Positions 38,909-49,642 of a stretch of DNA of 64,000 bases are shown here, piece after piece. The position numbers and the translations under genes are program-made. Below the pieces are notes generated by a model. It saw nothing but the letters and a program-made list of their open reading frames with translations, was not told where the DNA came from and searched no databases. The DNA is taken from positions 160,001 through 224,000 of the forward strand of contig CAWHXD010000007.1 of assembly GCA_963833225.1 (NCBI GenBank). The letters run 5' to 3'. The first letter of the stretch is position 1. Each line of letters begins with the position of its first letter. Origin of the DNA: an uncultured Chloroflexia bacterium. Lineage in GTDB: Bacteria > Chloroflexota > Limnocylindria > Limnocylindrales > CSP1-4.

Positions 38909-41900
38909 ATGACGGTCGCCCGCGATCCCGGAAGCTTGACCGCGACCGAGTGGCGCGAGACCATCGCCGCCCGCTTCCCCGCCGACCCGCGCCTCGTCAT
39001 CCCGGTCCTGCAGTACATCCACGCCGAGGCCGGCTACCTCCCGGAACCGGCGACGCAGGCTGCCGCCGAGCACCTGCGGGTGTCGCGGAGCCGCGTGTTC
39101 GGCGTCGCCAGCTTCTACTCCCAGTTCCACTTCGAGCCCCGCGGGGCGCACGCCGTCACCGTGTGCCGCGGGACGGCCTGCCACGTGCGAGGCTCCGCGT
39201 CCGTCCTGCGGCAGCTCGAGGATCACCTCGGGGTGAAGGCCGGGGACACGACGCCGGACCTCCAGTTCACGCTCGAGACGGTGGCCTGCTTCGGCTCCTG
39301 CGCCCTCGCGCCGGTGGTGGTCGGCGACGGCAAGGTGCACGGGCGCCAGACAGGGTCGAAGGCGCGGGTGCTGGTCGATGCGCTTCGAGAGGCGGCGCAG
39401 GTGGCGGTCGCCGTGGAGCCAGCGGAGCCCGCGACGGTCGCCGACGCTGCCGCGATCGCCGAGCCTTTCGCGATCCCTTCCGCGATACCTGGCGCGGCGC
39501 CGCGCGTCGTCGACCTCGACGCCCGGACCGCGGCCGCGAGGACAGCCTGGGCAGGTCTCCAGGCCGGCGCCCGGACGCTGATCACCGTGGGCACCGCGAC
39601 CTGCGGGCTGGCCGCGGGGGCAGGGGAGGTCGTCGACGCGATCCGCACGGAGCTGGCGGGCCGGGGGATCGAGGCTGAGGTCCTCCTCGTCGGCTGTGTC
39701 GGCATGTGCTTCGCCGAGCCGCTGGTCGAGATCGCGACGCCCGGCCTGCCGCGGGTGACCTACCAGCGCGTCGCCCCGGGGATCGTTCCCCACCTCATCG
39801 AGAGCCACCTCGTCCACGGCGAGCCGCCGGTGGCGTGGGCGCTGGGCACGTCCGGCGAGGGGACGCTCGACGGCGTGCCGCGCCTGGCCGACACCCCGGT
39901 GATGCGCCTGCAGGTCCGCAACGCGCTGCGCAACTGCGGTGTCATCGACCCCACCAGCGTGGACCACTACCTCGCTCGCGACGGGTACGCGGGACTGCGG
40001 CGCGCCCTGGCGATGACCCCCGAGGAGGTCATCGCGGAGGTCACGGCGTCCGGGCTGCGCGGCCGCGGCGGCGGCGGCTTCCCGACCGGCCGGAAGTGGG
40101 CGTTCTGCCGCGAGGCGCCGGGGGATCGCAAGTACGTCATCTGCAACGGCGACGAAGGCGACCCGGGCGCGTTCATGGACCGCTCCGTGCTCGAGGGCGA
40201 CCCGCACGCGGTCCTCGAGGGCCTCGCCATCGCCGGCTACGCGATGGGCGCCTCGCACGGTTACGTCTACGTCCGCGCCGAGTACCCGCTCGCCGTTGCG
40301 CGCCTGGAGCTCGCCCTTCGCCAGATGCGGGAGCTCGGCCTCCTCGGCGACGCCATCCTCGGCACCGGCTTCGCCTTCGACATCGAGGTCAAGCAGGGAG
40401 CCGGCGCCTTCGTGTGTGGCGAGGAGACCGCGCTCATCGCGAGCATCGAGGGTCGCCGCGGCATGCCCCGCCCGCGCCCCCCGTTCCCGGCCACGAAGGG
40501 CCTGTTCGGCCAGCCGTCGAACATCAACAACGTCGAGACGCTCGCCAACGTGCCCGCCATCCTGCGCGAAGGAGCCGCCTGGTTCGCCTCGTTCGGCACG
40601 GAGACCAGCAAGGGCACCAAGACGTTCGCCCTGACCGGCCGGATCAACCGCCCCGGCCTGATCGAGGTCCCGATGGGGGTGACCCTGGGCGCGGTGATCG
40701 ACGAGATCGGCGGCGGGATCGCCGGTGGCGGCCGGTTCAAGGCGGCCCAGACCGGCGGCCCGTCCGGGGGCTGCCTGCCGATCCAGCTGCTGGACCTGCC
40801 GATCGACTACGAGCGCCTCAAGGAGGCGGGCTCGATCATGGGCTCGGGCGGGCTCGTCATCATGGACGAGAGCACCTGCATGGTGGACCTCGCCCGGTAC
40901 TTCCTGACGTTCACCGAGGACGAGTCGTGCGGCCAATGCACGCCCTGCCGGGAGGGGACCGGCCGGATGCTGGAGATCCTCGAGCGGATCTGCCGGGGCG
41001 AGGGCCGCGCGGGCGACATCGAGACGCTCGAGCGCCTGGGACGGGTCGTTCGGGACACGTCGCTGTGCGGGCTTGGCCAGACGGCGCCCAACCCCGTGCT
41101 CACGACCTTGCGCTACTTCCGCGAGGAGTACGAGGAGCACATCCGGGAGCGCCACTGTCGGGCGGGGACATGCGCGGGCCTGGTCCCCGCACCGTGCACC
41201 GGGCTGTGCCCGGCCGGGGTGGAGGCGCACCGGTACGTCCGGGAGATCAGCCAGGGCAACTTCGAGAAGGCGTACCTCGTCGTGCGCGAGAAGCTGCCGC
41301 TCCCGTCGGTGTGCGGCGTGGTGTGCTTCCATCCCTGCGAGCGGTCGTGCCGGCGCGGCGAGCTGGACGAACGGATCGCGATTCGCGCCCTCAAGGGTGC
41401 AGCGGTCAAGTTCGGCGCGCAGGCGGAGGCGAGGGTGCCGGCGCCGTCGCGGCGGCCGTCGGGGAAGTCCGTGGCGGTGGTCGGGTCCGGCCCTGCCGGG
41501 CTCACGGCGGCCTACTACCTGGCGAAGACCGGCGGCCACGCCGTGACCGTGTACGAGGCGCTGGAGCGGCCCGGCGGGATGCTCCGCTATGGGATCCCGC
41601 GCTACCGGCTGACCGACGAGGTGCTGGAGCGGGATCTGGCGATCATCGCGGCCGCCGGGGTGCGAATCGAGACCGGTGCGGAGGTCCGGTCCCTCGACGC
41701 GCTGCGGGCCGCGGGCCACGACGCGATCTTCCTGTCCTCCGGGGCGCACGTGTCCGACTCGATCGGCGACGAGTCGCAGGTCCTCGAGGGTGTCGAGGAC
41801 TGCGTCGGAATGCTGCGGGACGTGGCGGCCGGCCGGCCGGCGTCGATGGGTCGGCGCGTGGCCGTGGTGGGCGGCGGGAACACCGCGATCGACGCGGCGC

Positions 41901-42599
41901 GGACGGCGCTGCGGATCGGAGCGGAGGAGGTGATGGTCCTCTACCGCCGAGACCGCGAGGCGATGCCCGCCGACCCTCACGAGATCGAGCAGGCGCTGCT
42001 GGAGGGGGTGGAGTCTCGAGACCCTGGTAGCACCGGTCGAGGTGCGGCGGGCGGACGGGGGCCTGGACGTGACCTGCCAGCGCGTGCGCCTGGGGGCGAT
42101 CGACCCCGGCGGCCGGCGCCGCCCGGAGCCCATCCCCGGCACCGAGTTCACCGTCCGTTACGACACCGTCCTGTCCGCCGTGGGACAGCATCCGGCGGTG
42201 CCTCCGGAGTGGGGCGTGGAGACGGGGGCCGGGTCCCGGATCACCGTCGCCCCCGGCACCCTCCGCACGGCTGTCGAAGGCGTGTTCGCCGGCGGCGACG
42301 CGGTCCTCGGGCCGGCGTCGGTCATCTCCGCGATGACCCACGGCCGGGCCGCGGCGCAGGAGATCGACCGCTACCTGGGCGGCAGCGGGGACATCGAGGA
42401 GCAGCTTGCGCCGCCCGAGATCGTGGCGGACCTGCCTCCGATGCCGGTGGACGTGGAGGACCGCTACCGTCCGCCGATGCCGGTCAGCGATCTCGCGACG
42501 CGCTTCGGGTCGTTCGCGGAGGTGGAGCTGGGCTACACGCCCGAGGCGGCGATCGAGGAGGCGAGTCGCTGCCTGCGCTGCGACCTGCGCGAGGTCTGA
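38909..42599 (+). CDS. Fused NuoE/HydC - NuoF/HydB - GltD/NfnB-like flavoprotein (frameshift near 42015)
   Basis: CRGTAC..CFGSC; thioredoxin-like CGLAAGA..GCVGMC; GRGGGGF, GDEGDPGAFMD, FVCGEET, GGPSG, CGQCTPC; PCTGLCP, GSGPAG, GGGNTAID, LYRR, EASRCLRC. Confidence 0.88.
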
Positions 42600-42604
42600 T
42601 CCGA

Positions 42605-42637
42605 TGACCGCGGCCCGGCCCGAGGCGGCCGCGGTCA
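42605..42637. terminator. Hairpin between convergent FDH operons
   Basis: TGACCGCGGCC-N11-GGCCGCGGTCA. Confidence 0.55.
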
Positions 42638-43624
42638 GGGCTTCGGGCGGGCCTGGACGAACTCGAAGCCGAAGCGGCCCTTCACGCACAGGTGGCCAGA
42701 GGTGACCGAGGACTCGATCGGCGAGGTCACCTTGACGATCGAGTTGTCCTGGACGTGGAGGGTGAGCGTGCAGCCCACGCCGCAATACGGGCAGATCGTG
42801 TCGGTCTGCGTCTGCGTGCCCTCGTCCCACGTGCCGGCGGCGCGCATCTCGTGCTCCGAGCGGAACATGAGCGCGCCGGTGGGACAGACGCCGATGCAGT
42901 TGCCGCAGTAGACGCACGCGGACGAGGTCAGCGGGGCGTCGTACTCGGTGGAGATATGGGCGTCGAAGCCCCGCCCGGCCACGGCGATCGCGAACGTGTT
43001 CTGGGCGTCGGTCCCGCAGGCCTCGACGCACTTGTAGCAGAGGATGCACCGGGAGTAGTCGCGGACGTAGAGGTCGTTGTCCACCTTGACCGGCTGGGCG
43101 ATCGTGTCGGCGTGCTCGCCGGTGACCGGGTCGTGGTGACCGGGCTCGCGGGCGTCGCGCCCGGCGGCGGCCCGGGGCGCGGGCGGGCCGAAGCGCGCGG
43201 GCTCCGCCCCGTACTCGGTCATCATGTCCGCGACCGTCGGGGCGATCGACAGGTCCACCGCCGAGGCCAGCAGCTCCAGGACCAGCCGCCGACTGTGGCG
43301 GACCCGCGGCGACGCCGTCTGGACCTCCATCCCCGGCTCGACACGGCGGGAGCAGGCCGGCACGAGCACCCGACTCCCCGCCACCTCCACGACGCACACG
43401 CGGCAGGCGTTGACCGGCGTGAGGCTCTCGAGGAAGCACAGCGTGGGGACGTCGACGCCCGCCCCGCGGCAGGCATCGAGGATGGTCGACCCGGCGGGCA
43501 CCGTGACCGGGCGCCCGTCCAGGGTGAGCTCCACGACCGGGACGTCGGGAGCCGGAGGGGCCGCTGGGGTTCGCGACGGCCGGGCCGGTGGCTCGAGCGG
43601 GATCCGGGAGATGTCGTGTGTCAC
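42635..43624 (-). CDS. FDH iron-sulfur subunit ([2Fe-2S], 2x[4Fe-4S]) ending with the Molybdop_Fe4S4 domain split from the alpha subunit
   Basis: PTLC..CRVC..PAC; CILCYKC; CVYCGNC; TICPYCGVGC...CVKGRFGFEF at C-terminus; GTGA overlap. Confidence 0.88.
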   Translation of the reverse strand: MTHDISRIPLEPPARPSRTPAAPPAPDVPVVELTLDGRPVTVPAGSTILDACRGAGVDVPTLCFLESLTPVNACRVCVVEVAGSRVLVPACSRRVEPGMEVQTASPRVRHSRRLVLELLASAVDLSIAPTVADMMTEYGAEPARFGPPAPRAAAGRDAREPGHHDPVTGEHADTIAQPVKVDNDLYVRDYSRCILCYKCVEACGTDAQNTFAIAVAGRGFDAHISTEYDAPLTSSACVYCGNCIGVCPTGALMFRSEHEMRAAGTWDEGTQTQTDTICPYCGVGCTLTLHVQDNSIVKVTSPIESSVTSGHLCVKGRFGFEFVQARPKP

Positions 43625-45642
43625 GTCTCGTCCCCTCCGTGCGCGCCGTACACCGCCGGGTGGTCGTCGTCGGGCACGGGCAGGCCCCGGGCCGCCGGGG
43701 CCCCCGCCACGAGCTCCGGCCCCTCGAACCTCACCAGGCCGGCCCGGATCGCGGACTCCGCGGCCGACGTCGCCGCCTGGCCCAGGCCGCAGATCGATGC
43801 GTCCCGCATGGCCAGGCCGAGGTCCGCGAGCAGCGCGAGCTCGTCCTCCACCGTGGCTCGCGCCCGCCCGCTGGCCAGCCGCGCGAGGAGCTCCTCCTGG
43901 CGCACGGTGCCGATCCGGCACGGGACACACTGTCCGCACGACTCGTCCCGGAAGAACGCCGCGATGCGCAGCAGGGCATCGGCAAGGTCCGCCGTCTCGT
44001 CGAACACCATCACCACGCCGGAGCCGAGGGTGGCGCCGGCGGCCCGGGTGGCCTCGAACGTGAGCGGCATCGTCAGGGCATCCGGCCCCACGAACACCCC
44101 CGCGGCGCCGCCGAGCAACACGGCCCGCAACGTCCGTCCCCCGGCCACGCCGCCCGCCATCGCCAGCAGCTCGCCCAGCGTTGCCCCGAACTCGACCTCG
44201 TACACACCCGGCCGCTCGATGGCGCCTGACAGGCAGAACAGCTTTGGCCCCGTGCTGCCCGGCGTGCCCACGGCCGCGAATGCGGCGCCGCCGTGCTCCA
44301 CGATGGCCGGGATGTTGACCAGGGTCTCGATGTTGTTGACAGCCGTCGGCTTGCCGAACAGCCCGACCTCGACCGGGAACGGGGGCTTGTTGCGCGGCTC
44401 GCCGCGCCGGCCCTCGATCGAGTTGAACAGCGCCGTCTCCTCGCCGCAGATGTAGGCGCCCGCGCCGCGCCGGATCTCGATGTCGAAGTCGACGCCCGAG
44501 CCGAGGATGTCCCGGCCCAGGTACCCGGCCGCGCGCGCCCGCTCGAGGGCGTTCGCCATGCGGAGGGCAGAGAGCGGGTACTCGGCCCGCAGGTAGAGGT
44601 AGCCGTGGTGGCTGTCGGTGGCGAACCCCTCGATCGTCATCGCCTCCACGATCGCGAACGGGTCTTCCTCCATGAGCACCCGATCCTTGAACGTGCCCGG
44701 CTCGGATTCGTCCGCGTTGCACACCGTGTAGTGGGGACGGGCGGGCTGCGCGACGACGGCGGCCCACTTGCGTCCGGTGGGGAAGGCGGCACCGCCACGG
44801 CCCAGCAGCCCGGAGGCGGTGACCTCCGCGATCACCCCGTCTCGCCCCAGCTCCAGCGCGCGCCGGAGGCCCCGGTATCCGCCGGTGGCGAGGTAATCGT
44901 CGAGGCTGGCGGGGTCGGCGACACCCGCCCGGCGCAGGAGCCGGAGCCCCGACCCGCCGGCCTGGGGAACGGAGCGGCGGACGTGGGCGAGGCGCGTCTC
45001 GCCCGGTCCCGCGGACCCGAGGGGTGGCAGCAGGGACGTGCCGGCCAGGGCGCGCTCGAGGTGCTCGACGACCTCGGCGGCGTCGGCCGGTGCCGTTGCG
45101 ACGGTCTCCGGCCGGTTGCCGGCGACCGTGAACAGGGCCACCGGGCCTCGCTCACAGCGACCCAGGCACGGGGCTCGCAGCCAGGTCGCGCGGCCGTCAA
45201 GCCCGGCCTCGCCGGCGGGGCCGACCAGCCGCTCCAGCTCGGAGCAGAAGCGCTCGGAGCCCGCCAGGCGACAGGCCACGTCGTCGCACACGCGGGCCAC
45301 GACCGGGGGCCGCGGCACCGTCGACAGCATCTCGTAGAACGCCGCCACGCCGTACGCATCGGCCGGCGGCACGGTCAGGCGCCGGCACGCGTACTCCAGC
45401 GCCGGCTGGCTGATCCAGCCGACACGCGCCTGGATCGCGTGGAGCACCGGCAGCAGGAGGTGGCGTCGGCTCCTGGCCTCGTGCCCGCCATGGGCGATGC
45501 GGTCGTCGGCGCCCGCAGCACCGCCGCCGGCCGACAGCTCGCGGTCACCACCCTCCCAGCGGCTCGTGGGCGGTCCGATGATGCCGTCCACGGCCGCCCG
45601 CTCCTCGGCGTTCGCGCGCGGGGCGAGGGTGACCAGGTCCAT
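43621..45642 (-). CDS. Fused NuoE-NuoF-like NADH-binding FDH subunit
   Basis: CDDVAC..CLGRC; GRGGAAF, ADESEPGTFKD, YICGEET, GGAAG, CGQCVPC. Confidence 0.88.
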   Translation of the reverse strand: MDLVTLAPRANAEERAAVDGIIGPPTSRWEGGDRELSAGGGAAGADDRIAHGGHEARSRRHLLLPVLHAIQARVGWISQPALEYACRRLTVPPADAYGVAAFYEMLSTVPRPPVVARVCDDVACRLAGSERFCSELERLVGPAGEAGLDGRATWLRAPCLGRCERGPVALFTVAGNRPETVATAPADAAEVVEHLERALAGTSLLPPLGSAGPGETRLAHVRRSVPQAGGSGLRLLRRAGVADPASLDDYLATGGYRGLRRALELGRDGVIAEVTASGLLGRGGAAFPTGRKWAAVVAQPARPHYTVCNADESEPGTFKDRVLMEEDPFAIVEAMTIEGFATDSHHGYLYLRAEYPLSALRMANALERARAAGYLGRDILGSGVDFDIEIRRGAGAYICGEETALFNSIEGRRGEPRNKPPFPVEVGLFGKPTAVNNIETLVNIPAIVEHGGAAFAAVGTPGSTGPKLFCLSGAIERPGVYEVEFGATLGELLAMAGGVAGGRTLRAVLLGGAAGVFVGPDALTMPLTFEATRAAGATLGSGVVMVFDETADLADALLRIAAFFRDESCGQCVPCRIGTVRQEELLARLASGRARATVEDELALLADLGLAMRDASICGLGQAATSAAESAIRAGLVRFEGPELVAGAPAARGLPVPDDDHPAVYGAHGGDET

Positions 45643-47546
45643 CAGGCTCGCTCCACGCGGATCGCGGTGGCCTTGAACTCGGCGGTCCCGGACTTCGGAT
45701 CGGTCGCGTCGATCGTCAGGCGGTTGGTCGCGACGTCGTCCCCGAAGTGGAAGGTCATGAACGCGAGGCCCGGCCGCAGCCCGGGGTCGGTCCGGACAGG
45801 CGCCTCGACCTCCCCGCGGCGGGAGACGACCCGCACCGGCTCCCCCTCGGCGAGGCCGAGCCGGAGGACGTCCTCCGGGGACAGGTCCAGCGTCTCGCCG
45901 CGGCGTCGCGGGTACCGGTACCGACCCGACTGGACGCCGGTGTTGTAGGAGTCGAGATGGCGCCCGGTGGTGAGCCGGATCGGGAACTGCTCGGTCAGCC
46001 GGTCCACCGGCGGGTCGTGCTCGACGGGGATGAACGGGGCCCGGTTGCCGGGGACCGGATCCTCCCACAGGTGCGAATGGAGGAACAGCTCGCCCGGATG
46101 CGTCTCGTCGTAGCACGGCCACTGGAGGCCCCCCTCAGCCTCGAGACGGGCATAGCTGATGCCGGCGTGGATGGGTGACAGGCGACGCACCTCCTCCCAT
46201 ACCGCCTCGGCCGACGGCGTGCCCCAGTCGTGGCCCATCCGCCGGGCGAGCTCGTAGATGATCCCCAGGTCGTCCCTCGCGTCGCCCGGCGGCTCGACCG
46301 CCTTGCGGACTCGCTGGACACGACGTTCGGAGTTGGTGACCGTGCCCTCGGTCTCCGCCCAGGCGGCGGCGGCTGGCAGGACGACGTCGGCCAGCTCGGC
46401 GGTGGGGGTCAGGAAGATGTCCTGGACGACGAGCAGCTCGAGTCCGGCCAGCAGCTTCTCGGCCCGGCCCCGGTCGGCCTCCGACTGGAGGGGGTTCTCG
46501 CCGATCACGTACAGCGCGGTGAGCTCGCCCCGTTCCATGGCTTCGAACATTGCGGACATGTGCCAGCCGCGTTCGGGCGGAATGGCGACGCCCCACGCGG
46601 CTTCGAACGGAGCGCGCAGCGCCGCCTCCTCGAGGTGCTGGAACCCGGGCAGCCGATCGGGCAGGGCGCCCATGTCGCCCCCGCCCTGGACGTTGTTCTG
46701 GCCGCGCAGCGGGTTGAGGCCGCTGCCGTACCGTCCAACATGCCCGGTGAGCAGGGCGAGGGAGATCAGCGCCAGCACGTTGTCGACGCCGTTGTGGTGC
46801 TCAGTGATCCCCAGCGTCCAGCAGATCATCGCCCGGTCCGCCTGGGCGTAGGTGTGGGCGGCCTCGCGGATCGCCTCGGCGGGAATGCCGGTCTCGCGCT
46901 CGGCCCACTCGAGCGTGCACGGCTCCACGGCCGCCCGGTAGGCGTCAAAGCCGGTCGTGGCCCGCCCGATGAACTCGTGGTTGGCGAGCCCGGCCGCGAT
47001 GATCTCCCGGGCCATCGCGTTGGCGAGCGCGATGTCGGACCCCACGTCCAGGCCCAGCCACAGGTCGGCCCACTGGGCGCTCGAGGTCCGGCGCGGGTCG
47101 ACGGAGATCAGGCGCGCGCCGCGGTGCACCCCCTTCAGGAGGTGGTGGAAGAAGATCGGGTGCGCCTCCCGGGCGTTGCTGCCCCACAGGAGGACGACGT
47201 CGGTGTCCTCGATCTCCCGGTATGAGCTGGTCCCGCCACCAGCGCCGAACACGGCCGCCAGACCGGCGACAGAGGGGGCGTGTCAGGTGCGGTTGCAGCT
47301 GTCGATGTTGTTGCTGCCCAGGACAACCCGGGAGAACTTGCCGGCCGCGAAGTTGACCTCGTTGGTCGACTTGCTGCAGCAGAAGATCCCGTATGACCAC
47401 GGTCCATGCGATGCGCCCGCTGCCCGGAGCCCGTCGGCCGTTCGTCCGAGGGCCTCGTCCCAGGTGGCTGGCCGGAGGGGTGCCCCGGACCGGCGGTCAC
47501 CGTCGCGCACGAGCGGCGTGGTCAGGCGGACGTACTCCCTTGGCAC
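45642..47546 (-). CDS. Second selenocysteine formate dehydrogenase catalytic subunit (no N-terminal FeS domain)
   Basis: GTG start VPREYVRLTTPL; NIDSCNRT-UGA(47285-47283)-HAPSVAGL; PLRGQNNVQG; TTGRHLDSY; TAEFKA. Confidence 0.9.
47254..47285 (-). promoter_or_regulatory. Bacterial SECIS element
   Basis: UGA + CACGCCCCCTCT + GTCGCC-GGTCT-GGCGGC. Confidence 0.85.
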
Positions 47547-47699
47547 TGTGCACCTCGGCGTGGAGGGATCGGACCGGCCGAGTGTAGTCGGTCGGCGCAA
47601 GGAGCCAAGGCCGCCCGCCCGCGCGGGATCGTTCTGCCGGCCCGCCGGGCCGGCATCATGGCTGCACAGGCCCCACGCCGGCTGCCGTACGCTGCGCCC

Positions 47700-49514
47700 G
47701 TGCCATCCCGTCAGCCCTCTCAACGCTCCGGCATGGGTGCCGTCCCGTACCAGGGGGGCACGACCTTCCGGGTGTGGGCTCCCCACGCCGAGGCCGTGTT
47801 CGTGACCGGAACGTTCGACGGGTGGGCGATGGACGCGACGCCGCTGGGTCGCGATGGTGACGGCTCGAGCGGCACCTGGTCGGCCGATGTCGACCAGGTG
47901 CCGGCCGGCGACGAGTACAAGTTCACGATCCGCACGCCGGACGGGGACCTGTCGCGCATCGACCCCTACGCGCGCCAGGTCACGAGCTCCGTCGGCAACG
48001 CCGTCGTCTACGACCCGTCGGCCTTCGACTGGGGCAACGACGAGTACCGAGCCCCGTCCTGGGACGACCTCGTGATCTACGAGATGCACGTCGGGACGTT
48101 CACGTCGTCCGCCGATCGGCCCGGGACCTTCGATGGCGCCGCGAAGCGCCTTCCGTACCTGCACGAGCTCGGCGTGTCGGCGGTCCAGGTGATGCCGCCG
48201 TTCGAGTTCGCCGGCGATGTGTCCTGGGGCTACAACCCGGTTCACCTGTTCGCGATCGAGTCGTCCTACGGCGGTCCGGATGCCTTCAAGCGGTTCATTC
48301 GCGAGGCGCACGCCCACGGGATCGGCATCATCGTCGACGTCGTCTACAACCACCTGGGCCCGTCCGACCTGGACCTGTGGCGCTTCGACGGCTGGGCCGA
48401 GGGCGACGGTGGCGGGATCTACACGTACAACGACGATCGCGCGGTCACGCCCTGGGGCCGGACGCGCCCTGATTACGGCCGTGGCGAGGTCCGCACGTTC
48501 CTGCGCGACAGCGCCCTGACCTGGCTCGAGGACTTCCGCTGCGACGGCCTGCGCGTCGACGCCACGCTCTACATCCGGTCGATCGACGGGGAGACGGGCA
48601 ACCCGGACACCGAGCTCCCCGACGGCTGGTCGTTCATGGCCTGGCTCACCGACGAGGTCCGGGCCCGCCAGCCGTGGAAGATCATGATCGCCGAGGACAT
48701 CCGGAGCGACCCGGTCATCGTCGCCCCGACCGCCGACGGCGGCGCGGGCTTCAACGCGCAATGGGATCCGGCCTTCCTCCACGGGGTCAGACCGGCGCTC
48801 GTTGCCCCCGACGACGCGGACCGCGACCTCGATGCGGTGGTGGCCGCGATCACGGGCGAGGGGCGCGGCCAGCCATCGACCCGCGTGATCTACACGGAGT
48901 CCCACGACAACGTGGCCGAGGGCATGGTCCGTGTCCCGGAGGCGATCGCTCCCGGCGCGGCCGACAGCTGGTGGGCCAAGAAGCGAAGCGTGCTGGGATC
49001 CGCGCTGGTCCTGACCGCGCCCGGGATCCCGATGCTGTTCCAGGGCCAGGAGCTGCTCGAGGGCGGCTGGTTCGACGACACGGTCGCCCTCGACTGGGCC
49101 AGGCTCGCGGCCAACGACGGGATCCTGCGCGCCCACCGCGACCTCATCGCGCTCCGCCGGTCCCGCGACGGCACGACGCGCGGCCTGCGCGGGACCGGCC
49201 TGCGCATCCTGCGGGTCGACAACGACGAGAAGCTGCTCGCGTTCCACCGCTGGCACACGGGCGGTCCGCACGACGACACGGTGGTGGTCGCCAACTTCGC
49301 GGACCGCACGATCAATGACCTCCGGATCGGGTTCCCGGCCCCTGGCCGCTGGATCGTCCGGCTCAACCTGGACTGGGTGACGTACGACCCGGCGTTCGGC
49401 AGCCACGAGGCGTTCGACCTCGATGCCGACGGCGACCCGATGGACGGCTGCGATCAGAGCGGGCTGGTCTCGGTGGGGCCCTACGCGGTCGTGGTGCTGT
49501 CGCGGGAGGACTGA
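47700..49514 (+). CDS. GH13 alpha-amylase family enzyme with CBM48 (branching enzyme / TreZ-like)
   Basis: FRVWAPHA, IYEMHVG, WGYNP, DVVYNH, GLRVDAT, IAED, ESHD; start approximate. Confidence 0.88.
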   Translation: MPSRQPSQRSGMGAVPYQGGTTFRVWAPHAEAVFVTGTFDGWAMDATPLGRDGDGSSGTWSADVDQVPAGDEYKFTIRTPDGDLSRIDPYARQVTSSVGNAVVYDPSAFDWGNDEYRAPSWDDLVIYEMHVGTFTSSADRPGTFDGAAKRLPYLHELGVSAVQVMPPFEFAGDVSWGYNPVHLFAIESSYGGPDAFKRFIREAHAHGIGIIVDVVYNHLGPSDLDLWRFDGWAEGDGGGIYTYNDDRAVTPWGRTRPDYGRGEVRTFLRDSALTWLEDFRCDGLRVDATLYIRSIDGETGNPDTELPDGWSFMAWLTDEVRARQPWKIMIAEDIRSDPVIVAPTADGGAGFNAQWDPAFLHGVRPALVAPDDADRDLDAVVAAITGEGRGQPSTRVIYTESHDNVAEGMVRVPEAIAPGAADSWWAKKRSVLGSALVLTAPGIPMLFQGQELLEGGWFDDTVALDWARLAANDGILRAHRDLIALRRSRDGTTRGLRGTGLRILRVDNDEKLLAFHRWHTGGPHDDTVVVANFADRTINDLRIGFPAPGRWIVRLNLDWVTYDPAFGSHEAFDLDADGDPMDGCDQSGLVSVGPYAVVVLSRED

Positions 49515-49642
49515 CCCGCCCCGCGCACCGGTTTGTTCCCTCGGCCGCGGCCCGGTGCTAGCCTCGGCCCGCGTCCTCATCCGGATCACCGGTCACGTCG
49601 CGCCTGCCATCGGCCGGGCGCGGAGCAGTCGGAGCGAGCAGC

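Noticed and set aside
37223-42151. 1642 aa minus-strand ORF and other long Arg/Pro/Gly-rich overlapping ORFs
   Set aside because: Typical shadow ORFs of high-GC DNA opposite well-supported genes
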